From IMG/VR virus record IMGVR_UViG_3300008448_014394: DNA of 20,000 nt; one strand, written 5' to 3'. Positions within the stretch are counted from its first letter, which is position 1. Each line of letters begins with the position of its first letter. Position numbers and translations under genes: made by a program. Shown here piece by piece: positions 1-9,732 of the stretch. The DNA is from an uncultured virus (IMG/VR IMGVR_UViG_3300008448_014394) (taxonomy: Duplodnaviria > Heunggongvirae > Uroviricota > Caudoviricetes). The notes below the pieces were generated by a model. The model made no database searches and was not told where the DNA came from. It saw only the letters and a program-made list of their open reading frames with translations.

Positions 1-3000
1 TACCATCTACAGTGAATGAAAAGTCAACCCTTGAGTCAGTGCTAATAATAGTATCATTTGATTCAAGATATTTAGTCCCAGACACTTCTGAGGCAGAATA
101 GAATATTAAATCAATATCTGCAACGTTTGGAATATATGTGCTATGATATGAGTAGATATCAGAAATAGAATTATCAAATAAATATAAGCAAATATTGGGG
201 CCTTCGAATGGCTGATATCCATCGAAGGTTGGATTCTCAAACTGTCCAAATGGAGTTCTTTCTACGAAGAAATTATCTATATAGATAGATACTCTTTTAG
301 TTTCATTATTTTTAACTAGCCTATATTCGTGAAACTCTCCATCGTTCCAGATGTAAGGAATATATTCTATTATTGAATTGTTTGTTCCATCAACTACCAA
401 GACTATAGGCTGAGAATCAACGGTAAGACCTAGAGCTAATTTTACTGAAAGATCTGCATCAGTTAATGAGATTGGAACGATTCCTGTAAAGTTACCATTA
501 ATTAATCCAGAAAAATATCCGATTAAAGATCCGGCTATACTAGGATCATACTGAGAAACTTTCATTGATACTACATATTCCAAATCTCCATTTGGGCATG
601 GATTACTAGTATAGAGCAAGTTTCCTAAAACTTTATCCTCTTCAGTACAGTCGAAGTAATCAACCGATGGTCCAAGCCTATAAATTCCGTCAGATATGCT
701 TGTATTGAAATCTCCAAACTTTACCCACTTCCCTGATTGAGTTTCTCTACCACCAATGATAACGTTAATAAGTTCAGTTTCTGCTTCATCAATCTTTGAC
801 CATCCGAAATCTTCTAGTAATTGATTTCCGCAATATCTGAAGGTTGCCTCACAAGCTATTCCTGTATCACAATTATTTGTTGATTCTTCTCTATATGATC
901 TTGAAACAGATGAGAATTCACCATCTGTGGTTATATTTCCACTTAAATTATAATTGGTATTTATATAATCATAAGTATTAGTCCAGCCACCTGATGATAC
1001 CACAACATCTGATGGAACTTGTGTAGTGCGATTGTATCTAACTCTATAAATCCATTGTCCGATCTCCTCGCTCAATGGAGACTTGCACAACTCATCAAAC
1101 CAAATAAATATCCCACCGTTAGATTCGGCTCCGGGAGGCTCGCCTACTGGAGACTTTGGATGGTCGCCTCTATTTATAGAAAATGGTACGCGACTTGGAC
1201 TCCAGCCTTCACCACCAATATGAATATCTTTTGGTGTAAATTTATTATATATTGTTCCATTAACCCTAGATATATCTATAGTTGATAGAGCATACTTTGT
1301 AAATACTCCAATTGCGTGACCTTTGAAGTTTCTATCTATAATATCTAAGTCCAAGCTTAGGTTGCAAGATAGAATTGCATCAGTATAAAACATAGAGGTA
1401 GTTACGGTATCTATTTTAATATCTACTATGTTCTCAATGGGCCTTCTATTTATTTCAAACTTATGATAATTGCTCCAGTTTATAACGAACTCTTTTTGAA
1501 AGTCTAAACCTAAAATAGATTTTGATGGATTATATTTAGATAGTATTTGGGCTGTCTTTGCAAATAGCTTTACCTTACCAATGGGCTCTGAATTGTTTAT
1601 TGCAATTCTTCCCTTGGTTGCGAGGTCAGTATTGTTTATTCCAAATTTCTTAACCTCAACTTTTAATATATCATCAGGTATGGATCTTGTAAATAATTTT
1701 CCTGAAGAATTATAAAAACCAGTTACCTGATAAAATATTCCTAGTTCATCAACCAAGATAAATGATTCTGGTGTTTGGTCTATTATATTTGATGTATTTT
1801 TAAAAGTAAATAGGCTAAAGGCTGCATCTAGCTCTACCCTTATTTTAAGATCATTAAACTTTTCCAAAGTAGAAACATTATTTACTACATAACATTTGCA
1901 TGGCTTGACATAGTATGGTGGCTCAAAGTTTGATAATAAATCACTCTTTGTATCACTATCTTCAATCTCAAACTCAAAGCCTTCAACATGCTTTAGGTTT
2001 AGAGATAATCCTACTGTTCTATTTCCGTCAGGTACTAATAGGCTTCCGGCATTGTATGCATTTGCAGGAGGAGATAATTCTGTTGGGAATGGTCCGCCAA
2101 CAAAAGAACCTGGGCCTAACTCACCAACAACGAAGTAGGATTCGCTAACAGCTTCATCACCACATGGCACTTCTAATTCTACAGAATTTACTGCTTTTGT
2201 TAATTCGTTATAGTTTGCTCCAATCATATCAACTTTAAAAACTGCGGATGTTTTGGAATTAACGGTTCTATCTAAATTTTCCTGTTCTTTATATATTCCA
2301 AAATATCCTACATCTAGTCCTTGAATTTTTGATGAATCTGATCTATAGTTAAATAGTAACAAACTACGTCCTGTATAATCAGATCCACCAGCAAGGCTTA
2401 TGTTTTTAATTGGCATAATATCCCAATTATTTTCAGCACTAAATGGATTGCTTCCGCTTCTAAGATAGAATGATTCTTCGCCAATATTATCTATGTTAAA
2501 AGTCAGAGTCGCATCATTATTTATTCCGGCCCATTCTGGACGCACCCATGCTTCAAGGGTCCCTTCATCTAATGAGATTGAAGATATAGATGGAATATTA
2601 ACCACTACATCATCATTAAACATTAAACCTTCGCCAAATCGACCCTCTATGAAGTTGAGAACGCCCTTATAATCTATGTTGCCTGGTGATAAATAATCCC
2701 GTCCTAATATCCAATTTCCAAAAATTAGCTCTTGAATGTTGGGATTTATCTTGGTGAAAGACTTTACTAATTCCTTGTAAGATGGTAAAGTTGGTCCCTT
2801 TGGAAATGATTGTAGTACACCCTTAATGGCATCGCGATATAATTCTCTATCAGTATTAACACCAAAGCTTCTAAAGAATGGAATGTTTGTAAGGCTTCCA
2901 AAATTGACCCTCAGGGCCTCTCTGAGTGCGCCGTACCTATAGGTGACGAAATACTGCTCGCCCTCTTCTATCGCATCATTAATGCTCCAATCTATTGTGT

Positions 3001-6000
3001 TATCACCATACTCATACCATACAACTAGATTGTCTGCAACATATGTATAGTCCAAGAAGATAAATCCAAAACGATAGTCTACAGCAATAGCAGTACCTAT
3101 TTCTGGCATCTCAGAAGTTAAATATGTTATTTCAAACATTTCTCCAGCTGAGAATCCAGAATCACCAGGAATATTTATGGTCATCTTACCATCAGCTATG
3201 GTAACGCTTGCTCTAACAACTATCTTAGAAACACCTACGGGATCTAACTTTGGCCTACTTACTGTTGCATCATTTTCTGCTGGTACCTCAACTCTTATCC
3301 TGGACAGATTATTATTTACATTGATAATCTTAAATCTATCGCCATTCTTATCTATTAAGTAATCGTTATCTGTATCTACACCTGCTAGGCTGACTGGCGT
3401 AGAGATATCAACTCTGGCCACACCAGGAGAGATTATATCAACATCTGCAATCTGAAGCTTGTCTAGTTTGGATATATTTAAATCATCATCAAATGCAACT
3501 GTATCTCTCAGGACTGTTTTTGCATTATAAAATGTTGTAGCTGTGGCATCAAATATTGTTATAATAAAATCTGAACCGTTTGTATTTAGTCTTTTTCTCT
3601 GTCTCTTTTTAAAATCAATAACGTTATCTTCAAAGTATACAGAAGTAACATCGTAAAGGTTTCTTCCACCATTTTTAACTGTTAATTGCAACTCTTCTTT
3701 AGATGCTTCTGGAAGTCGGTCACCTTGATAGCTTGAATTTAAGTTTGCGCCCTTTAGGTCAGAAATTTTAAATATACTGTTTATACTGGTAATTTTATTT
3801 GGAACTAAGGCTGTATAATCTTCTAGAACGTCACAGACTATCTGCCTATTTCCATCAGGATCTTGCGCATCAGTTACTCCATCATACATTCTTAATGAGT
3901 TTTCAAGATCAAGTATTGAGACTGTATTGTTATCATTTGATAGCTTTTGATATATGATTTCTGCAGTAGATATATCATCTGGGCTATTCTTCTTCTTTGC
4001 GGCACCTGATGCAGTTATGATATTTTTATATCTTGTATCAACATCTCCATAGCTATACTTTGCAGTACCTACAACTACCTCTTGATCTTTTCTTATGGCT
4101 ACATAGATTATTCCATGATCATAATCTACTGTGTAGTCTCCAACCTTTCTCAGTCTAGATATATTTTCTTCAAACTTGGTTCCCTTTGAATCTACAAATG
4201 CTCTAGATATTCCACCGTCCGAAGTTTTGAATAGAGAAGGAGTAAGATTAATTGATTCGAACCATTTTTCATTTTTAAAGATGTTATCATTACTTAGTTC
4301 TAGGGAAGAGTTTGTTATCATTCCAATGCTATCAAGGTTGTTATTTAGAATTCTTTCCTTATCTAAATTAATAACAAATCCCTTTGTTCCAATAATTACT
4401 TCGGAATTTACTGTTGGTGGTATGACATCATTATTACCAATGCTTGCAGAGGTGATTAAGTTATTTGAATCTGGATCTCCAAAATACTGTATGTTAGCAT
4501 CTAATATGGTTGCGGATCCATTTACCCCTTTTATCTCTCTGAAAAAGTAGTTTGTAGAATTTTGAGAGATAAGTTCTGCAGGAATTCCTGGTGAGAAAAT
4601 AATGCTGTTATTTGAAGCATTTGATATAATTTTGGCTCTAAAAGCTGGGATAATGAACTCACCAACTACAGCCAATTCTTCATTATCTATATTTAAGAAT
4701 ATAGCTTCTTCATCTTTTTCAGTTTTAACTTCGGGAGATCTATTCCCTGAAAAAGCAATCTCGGTTGCGGTATGAAATAATGGATTGTAAACTTCTCCAG
4801 TGGTTTGATTCAATATTCTAAATACATCAGTGATTGGAGCGTTTGCAGTTTTTATTCTAAATGATTGGCTCAATCTATTTTCAACAAATTCAGGCATGAC
4901 CTCAATATGGCTTTTTGCAAGATAATCTATATCTTTTGCAAATACTTCTTCATATTGAATGGTTATTTCAGCTTCATCATTTGAAAGCTCTCTGTTTGGA
5001 GTGGCTACGAAATCTTGATTATATATTGAATAATCTAAATCTCTAGAGAATTCTTTTCTGTAATAGTATGTCGCAACAACGTTATCCTGCCCAGTTCCCT
5101 CTCCAACCTTTTGAGCGCCAGCAACATATACCTCTCCAGTTTCATAATTTATGGAATACTCTCCAAGCATGGATGGCAAGTTGCTAATATTGAATTTAAT
5201 TTCTTTCAGGAATGCTTGTGGCTTTTCCTCATAATTTTCTGCCACTTTGAATGTGACACCATTTAAGGATGGTATATCATTAGTTGCAGTAACTATTGGT
5301 GCCTGGCCAAGAAAAAATCTGCTAGAATTAGTTGGTATTGGCTCATTTGTAGATTGTTCAACTCTAGATACCAAAACCTGATCTTCTAATATATTCCTAC
5401 CTGTATTTTTATAAAGGTAAGATACAACAAAGGTATCTACAATAGATGGCCTTGGAATGTTTCCGAACTCAGATAATAGTATTTGGTTATCTTTTAATTG
5501 TGTAAACTTAAATGCAAAATCTTGATCGTAGAAATTATCTTTTATGGAATATTTGTATTTCTCTATATTATATGATGTTCCAAGGTTACCATTGCAGTCA
5601 GCTTCTTCGCCATAAGCTATATATGTTATTGATAGCAGCTTGATTACTTTTCTATTCTTTAGCGTTATTAAGAATCCATCGAAGCTATTGGATTCAGAAT
5701 CAATATTGATTACCTCATTCTCTACCGCCACCTGCTGCAAAGAAATAGGGTAATATGGCACAGATCCACTTCTTGGTAGGGGGTTATTTGAAGTGTATTC
5801 CAAGACCTCTGTTTTTGGAGATACTCCAGTTGCACTTCTAGATACTCTAATTATCTCATATGCATTTTCATTAGCAAGCCTATCGGTAGGTCCTGCAGTC
5901 CTTGTTCTTAACTCATCAACAACTTCTTCAGATATGTAATTATTGCTAAGAACTTCTCCTATTGTTTTTTGTGCAGTATAAAATTCTTCAGCTTGAGCAG

Positions 6001-6400
6001 ATAATATATTTTTTAAATTTGTATTTTCTAGTTGAAAGAGATCTGGAACAAGCTCAAACATTCTATCTCTAAATGGATTGATATCATCAATTCCCACAAA
6101 GAACAGCTCTCTAGAAACAGAGTCGTATGGTATAACTTCTCCCTTTAGAGAGGAGAATAGGACCTCTTGCGTGTCAACAAATTTTAGAAGATAATAATTA
6201 CCAGCAACTTGTGGTCTGGTTTTTACAACAGCTACCTTACCCTCTATACTAACACCAATAACTTCAAGATCTGATACAGCCCCATTTAAAGATGAAACTT
6301 CAAAGTTATCAATAGATATCAGGGATGATAGATCTTGAGTAAAGGTGATCTTTAACTCTGTAGTAGATGGTATAGAAAAAGCGACTGGTCTTAGAGACAT
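1..6400 (-). CDS. Giant baseplate wedge-associated protein (>=2133 aa, 3' end outside window); putative P2 gpI/T4 gp7-like core with large insertions and LamG/ConA-like motifs
   Basis: ATG at 6400 lies 8 nt after the J-gene stop, with SD-like TAAGGT 5 nt upstream. Manual translation starts MSLRPVAFSIPSTTELKITFTQDLSS. Every segment I translated stays in this frame with no stop, and the frame is still open at the edge (...TDSRVDFSFTVDG). Its absence from the ORF track fits having no stop in the window. Motifs: FGSLTNIP...DRELYRDAIKGVLQSFPKGPTLPSYKELV (gpI-like) and GRFGEGLMF...GTLEAWVRPEW (LamG-like). It sits directly after J, the usual slot of gpI/gp7. Confidence 0.85.
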   Translation of the reverse strand, partial: MSLRPVAFSIPSTTELKITFTQDLSSLISIDNFEVSSLNGAVSDLEVIGVSIEGKVAVVKTRPQVAGNYYLLKFVDTQEVLFSSLKGEVIPYDSVSRELFFVGIDDINPFRDRMFELVPDLFQLENTNLKNILSAQAEEFYTAQKTIGEVLSNNYISEEVVDELRTRTAGPTDRLANENAYEIIRVSRSATGVSPKTEVLEYTSNNPLPRSGSVPYYPISLQQVAVENEVINIDSESNSFDGFLITLKNRKVIKLLSITYIAYGEEADCNGNLGTSYNIEKYKYSIKDNFYDQDFAFKFTQLKDNQILLSEFGNIPRPSIVDTFVVSYLYKNTGRNILEDQVLVSRVEQSTNEPIPTNSSRFFLGQAPIVTATNDIPSLNGVTFKVAENYEEKPQAFLKEIKFNISNLPSMLGEYSINYETGEVYVAGAQKVGEGTGQDNVVATYYYRKEFSRDLDYSIYNQDFVATPNRELSNDEAEITIQYEEVFAKDIDYLAKSHIEVMPEFVENRLSQSFRIKTANAPITDVFRILNQTTGEVYNPLFHTATEIAFSGNRSPEVKTEKDEEAIFLNIDNEELAVVGEFIIPAFRAKIISNASNNSIIFSPGIPAELISQNSTNYFFREIKGVNGSATILDANIQYFGDPDSNNLITSASIGNNDVIPPTVNSEVIIGTKGFVINLDKERILNNNLDSIGMITNSSLELSNDNIFKNEKWFESINLTPSLFKTSDGGISRAFVDSKGTKFEENISRLRKVGDYTVDYDHGIIYVAIRKDQEVVVGTAKYSYGDVDTRYKNIITASGAAKKKNSPDDISTAEIIYQKLSNDNNTVSILDLENSLRMYDGVTDAQDPDGNRQIVCDVLEDYTALVPNKITSINSIFKISDLKGANLNSSYQGDRLPEASKEELQLTVKNGGRNLYDVTSVYFEDNVIDFKKRQRKRLNTNGSDFIITIFDATATTFYNAKTVLRDTVAFDDDLNISKLDKLQIADVDIISPGVARVDISTPVSLAGVDTDNDYLIDKNGDRFKIINVNNNLSRIRVEVPAENDATVSRPKLDPVGVSKIVVRASVTIADGKMTINIPGDSGFSAGEMFEITYLTSEMPEIGTAIAVDYRFGFIFLDYTYVADNLVVWYEYGDNTIDWSINDAIEEGEQYFVTYRYGALREALRVNFGSLTNIPFFRSFGVNTDRELYRDAIKGVLQSFPKGPTLPSYKELVKSFTKINPNIQELIFGNWILGRDYLSPGNIDYKGVLNFIEGRFGEGLMFNDDVVVNIPSISSISLDEGTLEAWVRPEWAGINNDATLTFNIDNIGEESFYLRSGSNPFSAENNWDIMPIKNISLAGGSDYTGRSLLLFNYRSDSSKIQGLDVGYFGIYKEQENLDRTVNSKTSAVFKVDMIGANYNELTKAVNSVELEVPCGDEAVSESYFVVGELGPGSFVGGPFPTELSPPANAYNAGSLLVPDGNRTVGLSLNLKHVEGFEFEIEDSDTKSDLLSNFEPPYYVKPCKCYVVNNVSTLEKFNDLKIRVELDAAFSLFTFKNTSNIIDQTPESFILVDELGIFYQVTGFYNSSGKLFTRSIPDDILKVEVKKFGINNTDLATKGRIAINNSEPIGKVKLFAKTAQILSKYNPSKSILGLDFQKEFVINWSNYHKFEINRRPIENIVDIKIDTVTTSMFYTDAILSCNLSLDLDIIDRNFKGHAIGVFTKYALSTIDISRVNGTIYNKFTPKDIHIGGEGWSPSRVPFSINRGDHPKSPVGEPPGAESNGGIFIWFDELCKSPLSEEIGQWIYRVRYNRTTQVPSDVVVSSGGWTNTYDYINTNYNLSGNITTDGEFSSVSRSYREESTNNCDTGIACEATFRYCGNQLLEDFGWSKIDEAETELINVIIGGRETQSGKWVKFGDFNTSISDGIYRLGPSVDYFDCTEEDKVLGNLLYTSNPCPNGDLEYVVSMKVSQYDPSIAGSLIGYFSGLINGNFTGIVPISLTDADLSVKLALGLTVDSQPIVLVVDGTNNSIIEYIPYIWNDGEFHEYRLVKNNETKRVSIYIDNFFVERTPFGQFENPTFDGYQPFEGPNICLYLFDNSISDIYSYHSTYIPNVADIDLIFYSASEVSGTKYLESNDTIISTDSRVDFSFTVDG

Positions 6401-6405
6401 GTTTT

Positions 6406-6411
6406 ACCTTA
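6406..6411 (-). promoter_or_regulatory. Shine-Dalgarno-like site (TAAGGT) overlapping the J-gene TAA stop, serving the ATG at 6400
   Basis: Minus strand reads ACC TAA GGT AAAAC ATG; 5-nt spacing. Confidence 0.6.
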
Positions 6412-9400
6412 GGTGATTCTAAAATCTTTTCTAGATACGTTTGTAAATGTAATAGTTCCTGCAACTATTGATTGATTATCTAAAGCCTTTATATAGTTCC
6501 TTCTTCCTATCGTTCCGGATTCGTTAAACAAAGATATGTTTGCAGAATCAACGCCACGTACTGTGGTAACTACATTTATTATATCTGAATAATCTATTGT
6601 TGTACCAAGTGCCGCACTATTTAATAGGTTAACTACTGCATTGGAAACATTTTCAATTACAGTACTTGATTCTGTAGTAAAGTCATCGTTTACAATTATC
6701 TCTCCTGATACGTCTACAGATAACAATGGAGCTTCCTTAACCAGAACGTCTGCCGTTATACATCTTACGTTTTCTAGACCAGAAGTAACATCTATAATCA
6801 ATTTATTTAAATTATATCTAACTGTAATTCTTTCTCCCTCTACTGGTGCCGTAAAACTGTAATCAGAATAATAAGAAAACCCTGTACCTGGTTGATTCTG
6901 TGATTCTATCTTTAATGATCCAGATAGTGATCCAGCTTGTGTTCTAAAGCCTGATGAAACTGAGACTTTGCTTACCCGAGAAAATCTTTTATCTGTAATT
7001 ACTCTATTATTTCCTGGGAAATATAACTCTTCGAAATCGTTGGAGTTGTAAATTAAAAGAGAAACTCTTATAATCTCTCCGCTAGAAAATGATAAGGAAT
7101 TGTTATAGCTAGTGGATGGAAGTATGAATTCTGTATTTGATAAAGAAGAATCTATATCTCCGACGCCTAAAGCATATAAATTATTGCTTAGCTTTTGCCC
7201 TATTAAATCTGGAATTACCTCTGGATTGTCTACTGAATAAATATAGTCTACTCTTGCAATTCCAACTGTATCTGGAATTGTATTTATGCCCAATGCAGAC
7301 TTGATATCTCCAGATAGTTTAAACTTTAATCCATCTGTGCTTACACCAGCAGTTACATTTATATCTAGCCTGGTTAGAGTTTCTCCAGCGATCTTGATTT
7401 TTCCAGGTCTAGTTGTACCAGAAGTGGTTAAAGATAACCTGGTTGGACCCAGCTTTTGTGTGCCAGTTATATTTTGATTTTCATCATACTTATAAAATAC
7501 TGGCTGATTGCTGTCAGTTATAGTGGAAAGATTGGCAGTAAATAATTTATTTGATAGTGAAGATCCGCTAATTGGAAATAGTGTAAAGCTGGAGTTTGGC
7601 ATTAGGGTGATGATTTCAGCAATGTAATCAACATATATATCATCCCCAGTAAGTTCAAGGGCTTCCACATCCTCTAGTATTGAATTGCTATCCAAAATAT
7701 CACGAGATGGTAAAGATATAACATTGTTAGCGAATGCACCATCAGTATTTGATATATCATACATTTCAATTTTATTATATGTTACAGTAACAGTTGAAGA
7801 CATATCTACAGGACTATCTGTTGGTAATACTATAGTTCTGGCATAATATGATCCATCAGCATTGATAGTATTATATAGCTCTACACCATTGCTATTCTTA
7901 ACCGATACTATGTTGCTAATTGGAGGATTTGAAGAACTTATTATAATTCCTGGAACTAAAACATCTTCATTGTTTTCTACGTTCTGAATTGTTCCGGTTG
8001 TATTTACTGCAGTATATACGGAAATTACTCTACTTATATTATTGCTAACTGTAACTTGATACTCTAGGCCATCCTCAGTTGCTTCTACCTTAGATGCTTC
8101 GCCTGAGATGCCATTGCTAGTTCCCCAGTCTATAGAGTTACTTACATTCTTATCTACAATTTGTGGCCCAGAAAATTCTCCATTATAATCAATATATTTG
8201 TCATAATACAATCTCCAGATATAATTTACTGCAAGGACATCTGCTGGAGAGGGTAGTGTTTTTCCAGATATAACAATTTCACCAGTAGAATTCAATCCGG
8301 TTGCAGTACTTATATTCTGAGAATCTATAACATAAATTTCACCAGTTGTCTTGTTGGTGACTCTACTTACATTTAGAACTGGAGTATGGTTTAGTTTTAG
8401 AATACTTTTATCTGCAGAGCTTATTTTAGAATTTTCTGCAATTATTGATATATCTTGATATACTTCGCTTATCTTCTTGGAACCAGAGAATCTAAGTGGA
8501 TCAACGCTATTTAAACCACTTTTGGTTATTGATTCTAGTCTAACCTTCTTTTCATTGGCTATAAATCTTATCTTATCAAATCCAAATGGACTTCCACCAG
8601 TTTCTGGATTGGTATCTTTTATTAGTTCATAGTTTCCACTTACATTACCATCGGCGTCTACTGTCTTTCCAACCAAAACACCTGAGCTACTACCTGTTAC
8701 AGAAATAATTGCATCAACAGGCTGCTGAGGAACTTCTCCAGAATTAAATGCTTTTATTCTTCTTTCTTCTGAGGTTAGTGTGGGATCTAAGCTTCCTTGC
8801 CCTAGAATATAATCATTTCTTTCGTCAGCCGCAGAACCGCTTCCAGACTTATCAGTATAGACATAAGACTCAACTACCTCTTGTAATTGCTTTCCGAGTA
8901 TATATAAGTCTACCTTACCACCAGTACCAGACTGTAAGATTCTAAAGCTACCATCATTAACTTGTATTGTCTCAGTACCATCTCTAAGCATCAAAGTATT
9001 TCCAGGTTCAATAACTATAGCGTCAGTAACTCCAGAGATGCTCAATGCAGCGTTTCTATATCCGAATGCTGTTCCGGTATTAGAGCCGCTAAAAACAGAA
9101 AAAACTCTTGCCCTAAATGCTGAATCGCTTTCTGAGTTAGCTCCACCATTAAAGGCGTTTAGATTTGTTACCCTGACGGATTCTCTCAGGGTGTGGCCAA
9201 TTATTTGAAAGTTAGATATATTTCCTGAAGAGCCTGTATTCATTGCCCTCACTGGTATTTCTATTGCATATGGATCTGTAATGCCTGCTAAGTTTAAACC
9301 ATTTCTTAATCTATTGGCTGTTGCTGAAAATCTATTTTTCTCTGCAACTGACATTACATATGTTCCAATAGTTTTATATTGCAAACCAGAGCTAGACTCT

Positions 9401-9726
9401 ACATTTGTACCTTCAGGAATTGAAACGTCTGTGGATATATCAGAAATGGTAAATACTACTACACCATTAGCATTAGATCCAGTTCTTCTGGATATGCCGA
9501 AATTATTTGCCCATCTATCTAGGTCTCTGCCGGTAGCTGACTCTGGAGATTGTTTTTCAGAAACAATTAGCATTGAGCTGTGGAGCTTTTGGATTTGATC
9601 CGCCTGAACATCAATAAATAAATCTCTAGCTACAGTTCCAGGCTTGGTATCTAAATTTGGTTGAGTTAATCGTAATCTTTCTATTATCGAATTTACAATT
9701 TCACTAAAGGATCTAAATATTGCCAT
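6409..9726 (-). CDS. Baseplate J-like (P2 gpJ/T4 gp6/Mu gp47 family) wedge protein, 1105 aa, with a large internal insertion
   Basis: N-terminus has typical J-family motifs: RSFSEIVNSII, LDTKPGTVARDL, ATGRDLDRWANNFGISRRTG, VRAMNTGSSGNI, VTNLNAFNGGANSESDSAFRAR, GVTDAIVI...GKVDLYILG. C-terminus LGTTIDYSDIINVVTTVRGVDSA is the usual J C-terminal domain. Adjacent to a gp25-like gene. Confidence 0.92.
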   Translation of the reverse strand: MAIFRSFSEIVNSIIERLRLTQPNLDTKPGTVARDLFIDVQADQIQKLHSSMLIVSEKQSPESATGRDLDRWANNFGISRRTGSNANGVVVFTISDISTDVSIPEGTNVESSSGLQYKTIGTYVMSVAEKNRFSATANRLRNGLNLAGITDPYAIEIPVRAMNTGSSGNISNFQIIGHTLRESVRVTNLNAFNGGANSESDSAFRARVFSVFSGSNTGTAFGYRNAALSISGVTDAIVIEPGNTLMLRDGTETIQVNDGSFRILQSGTGGKVDLYILGKQLQEVVESYVYTDKSGSGSAADERNDYILGQGSLDPTLTSEERRIKAFNSGEVPQQPVDAIISVTGSSSGVLVGKTVDADGNVSGNYELIKDTNPETGGSPFGFDKIRFIANEKKVRLESITKSGLNSVDPLRFSGSKKISEVYQDISIIAENSKISSADKSILKLNHTPVLNVSRVTNKTTGEIYVIDSQNISTATGLNSTGEIVISGKTLPSPADVLAVNYIWRLYYDKYIDYNGEFSGPQIVDKNVSNSIDWGTSNGISGEASKVEATEDGLEYQVTVSNNISRVISVYTAVNTTGTIQNVENNEDVLVPGIIISSSNPPISNIVSVKNSNGVELYNTINADGSYYARTIVLPTDSPVDMSSTVTVTYNKIEMYDISNTDGAFANNVISLPSRDILDSNSILEDVEALELTGDDIYVDYIAEIITLMPNSSFTLFPISGSSLSNKLFTANLSTITDSNQPVFYKYDENQNITGTQKLGPTRLSLTTSGTTRPGKIKIAGETLTRLDINVTAGVSTDGLKFKLSGDIKSALGINTIPDTVGIARVDYIYSVDNPEVIPDLIGQKLSNNLYALGVGDIDSSLSNTEFILPSTSYNNSLSFSSGEIIRVSLLIYNSNDFEELYFPGNNRVITDKRFSRVSKVSVSSGFRTQAGSLSGSLKIESQNQPGTGFSYYSDYSFTAPVEGERITVRYNLNKLIIDVTSGLENVRCITADVLVKEAPLLSVDVSGEIIVNDDFTTESSTVIENVSNAVVNLLNSAALGTTIDYSDIINVVTTVRGVDSANISLFNESGTIGRRNYIKALDNQSIVAGTITFTNVSRKDFRIT

Positions 9727-9732
9727 GATTTT

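Noticed and set aside
201..228. Imperfect inverted repeat CCTTCGA(A)TGG...CCATCGAAGG
   Set aside because: Inside the giant CDS, single copy, no U-tract; likely coincidental.
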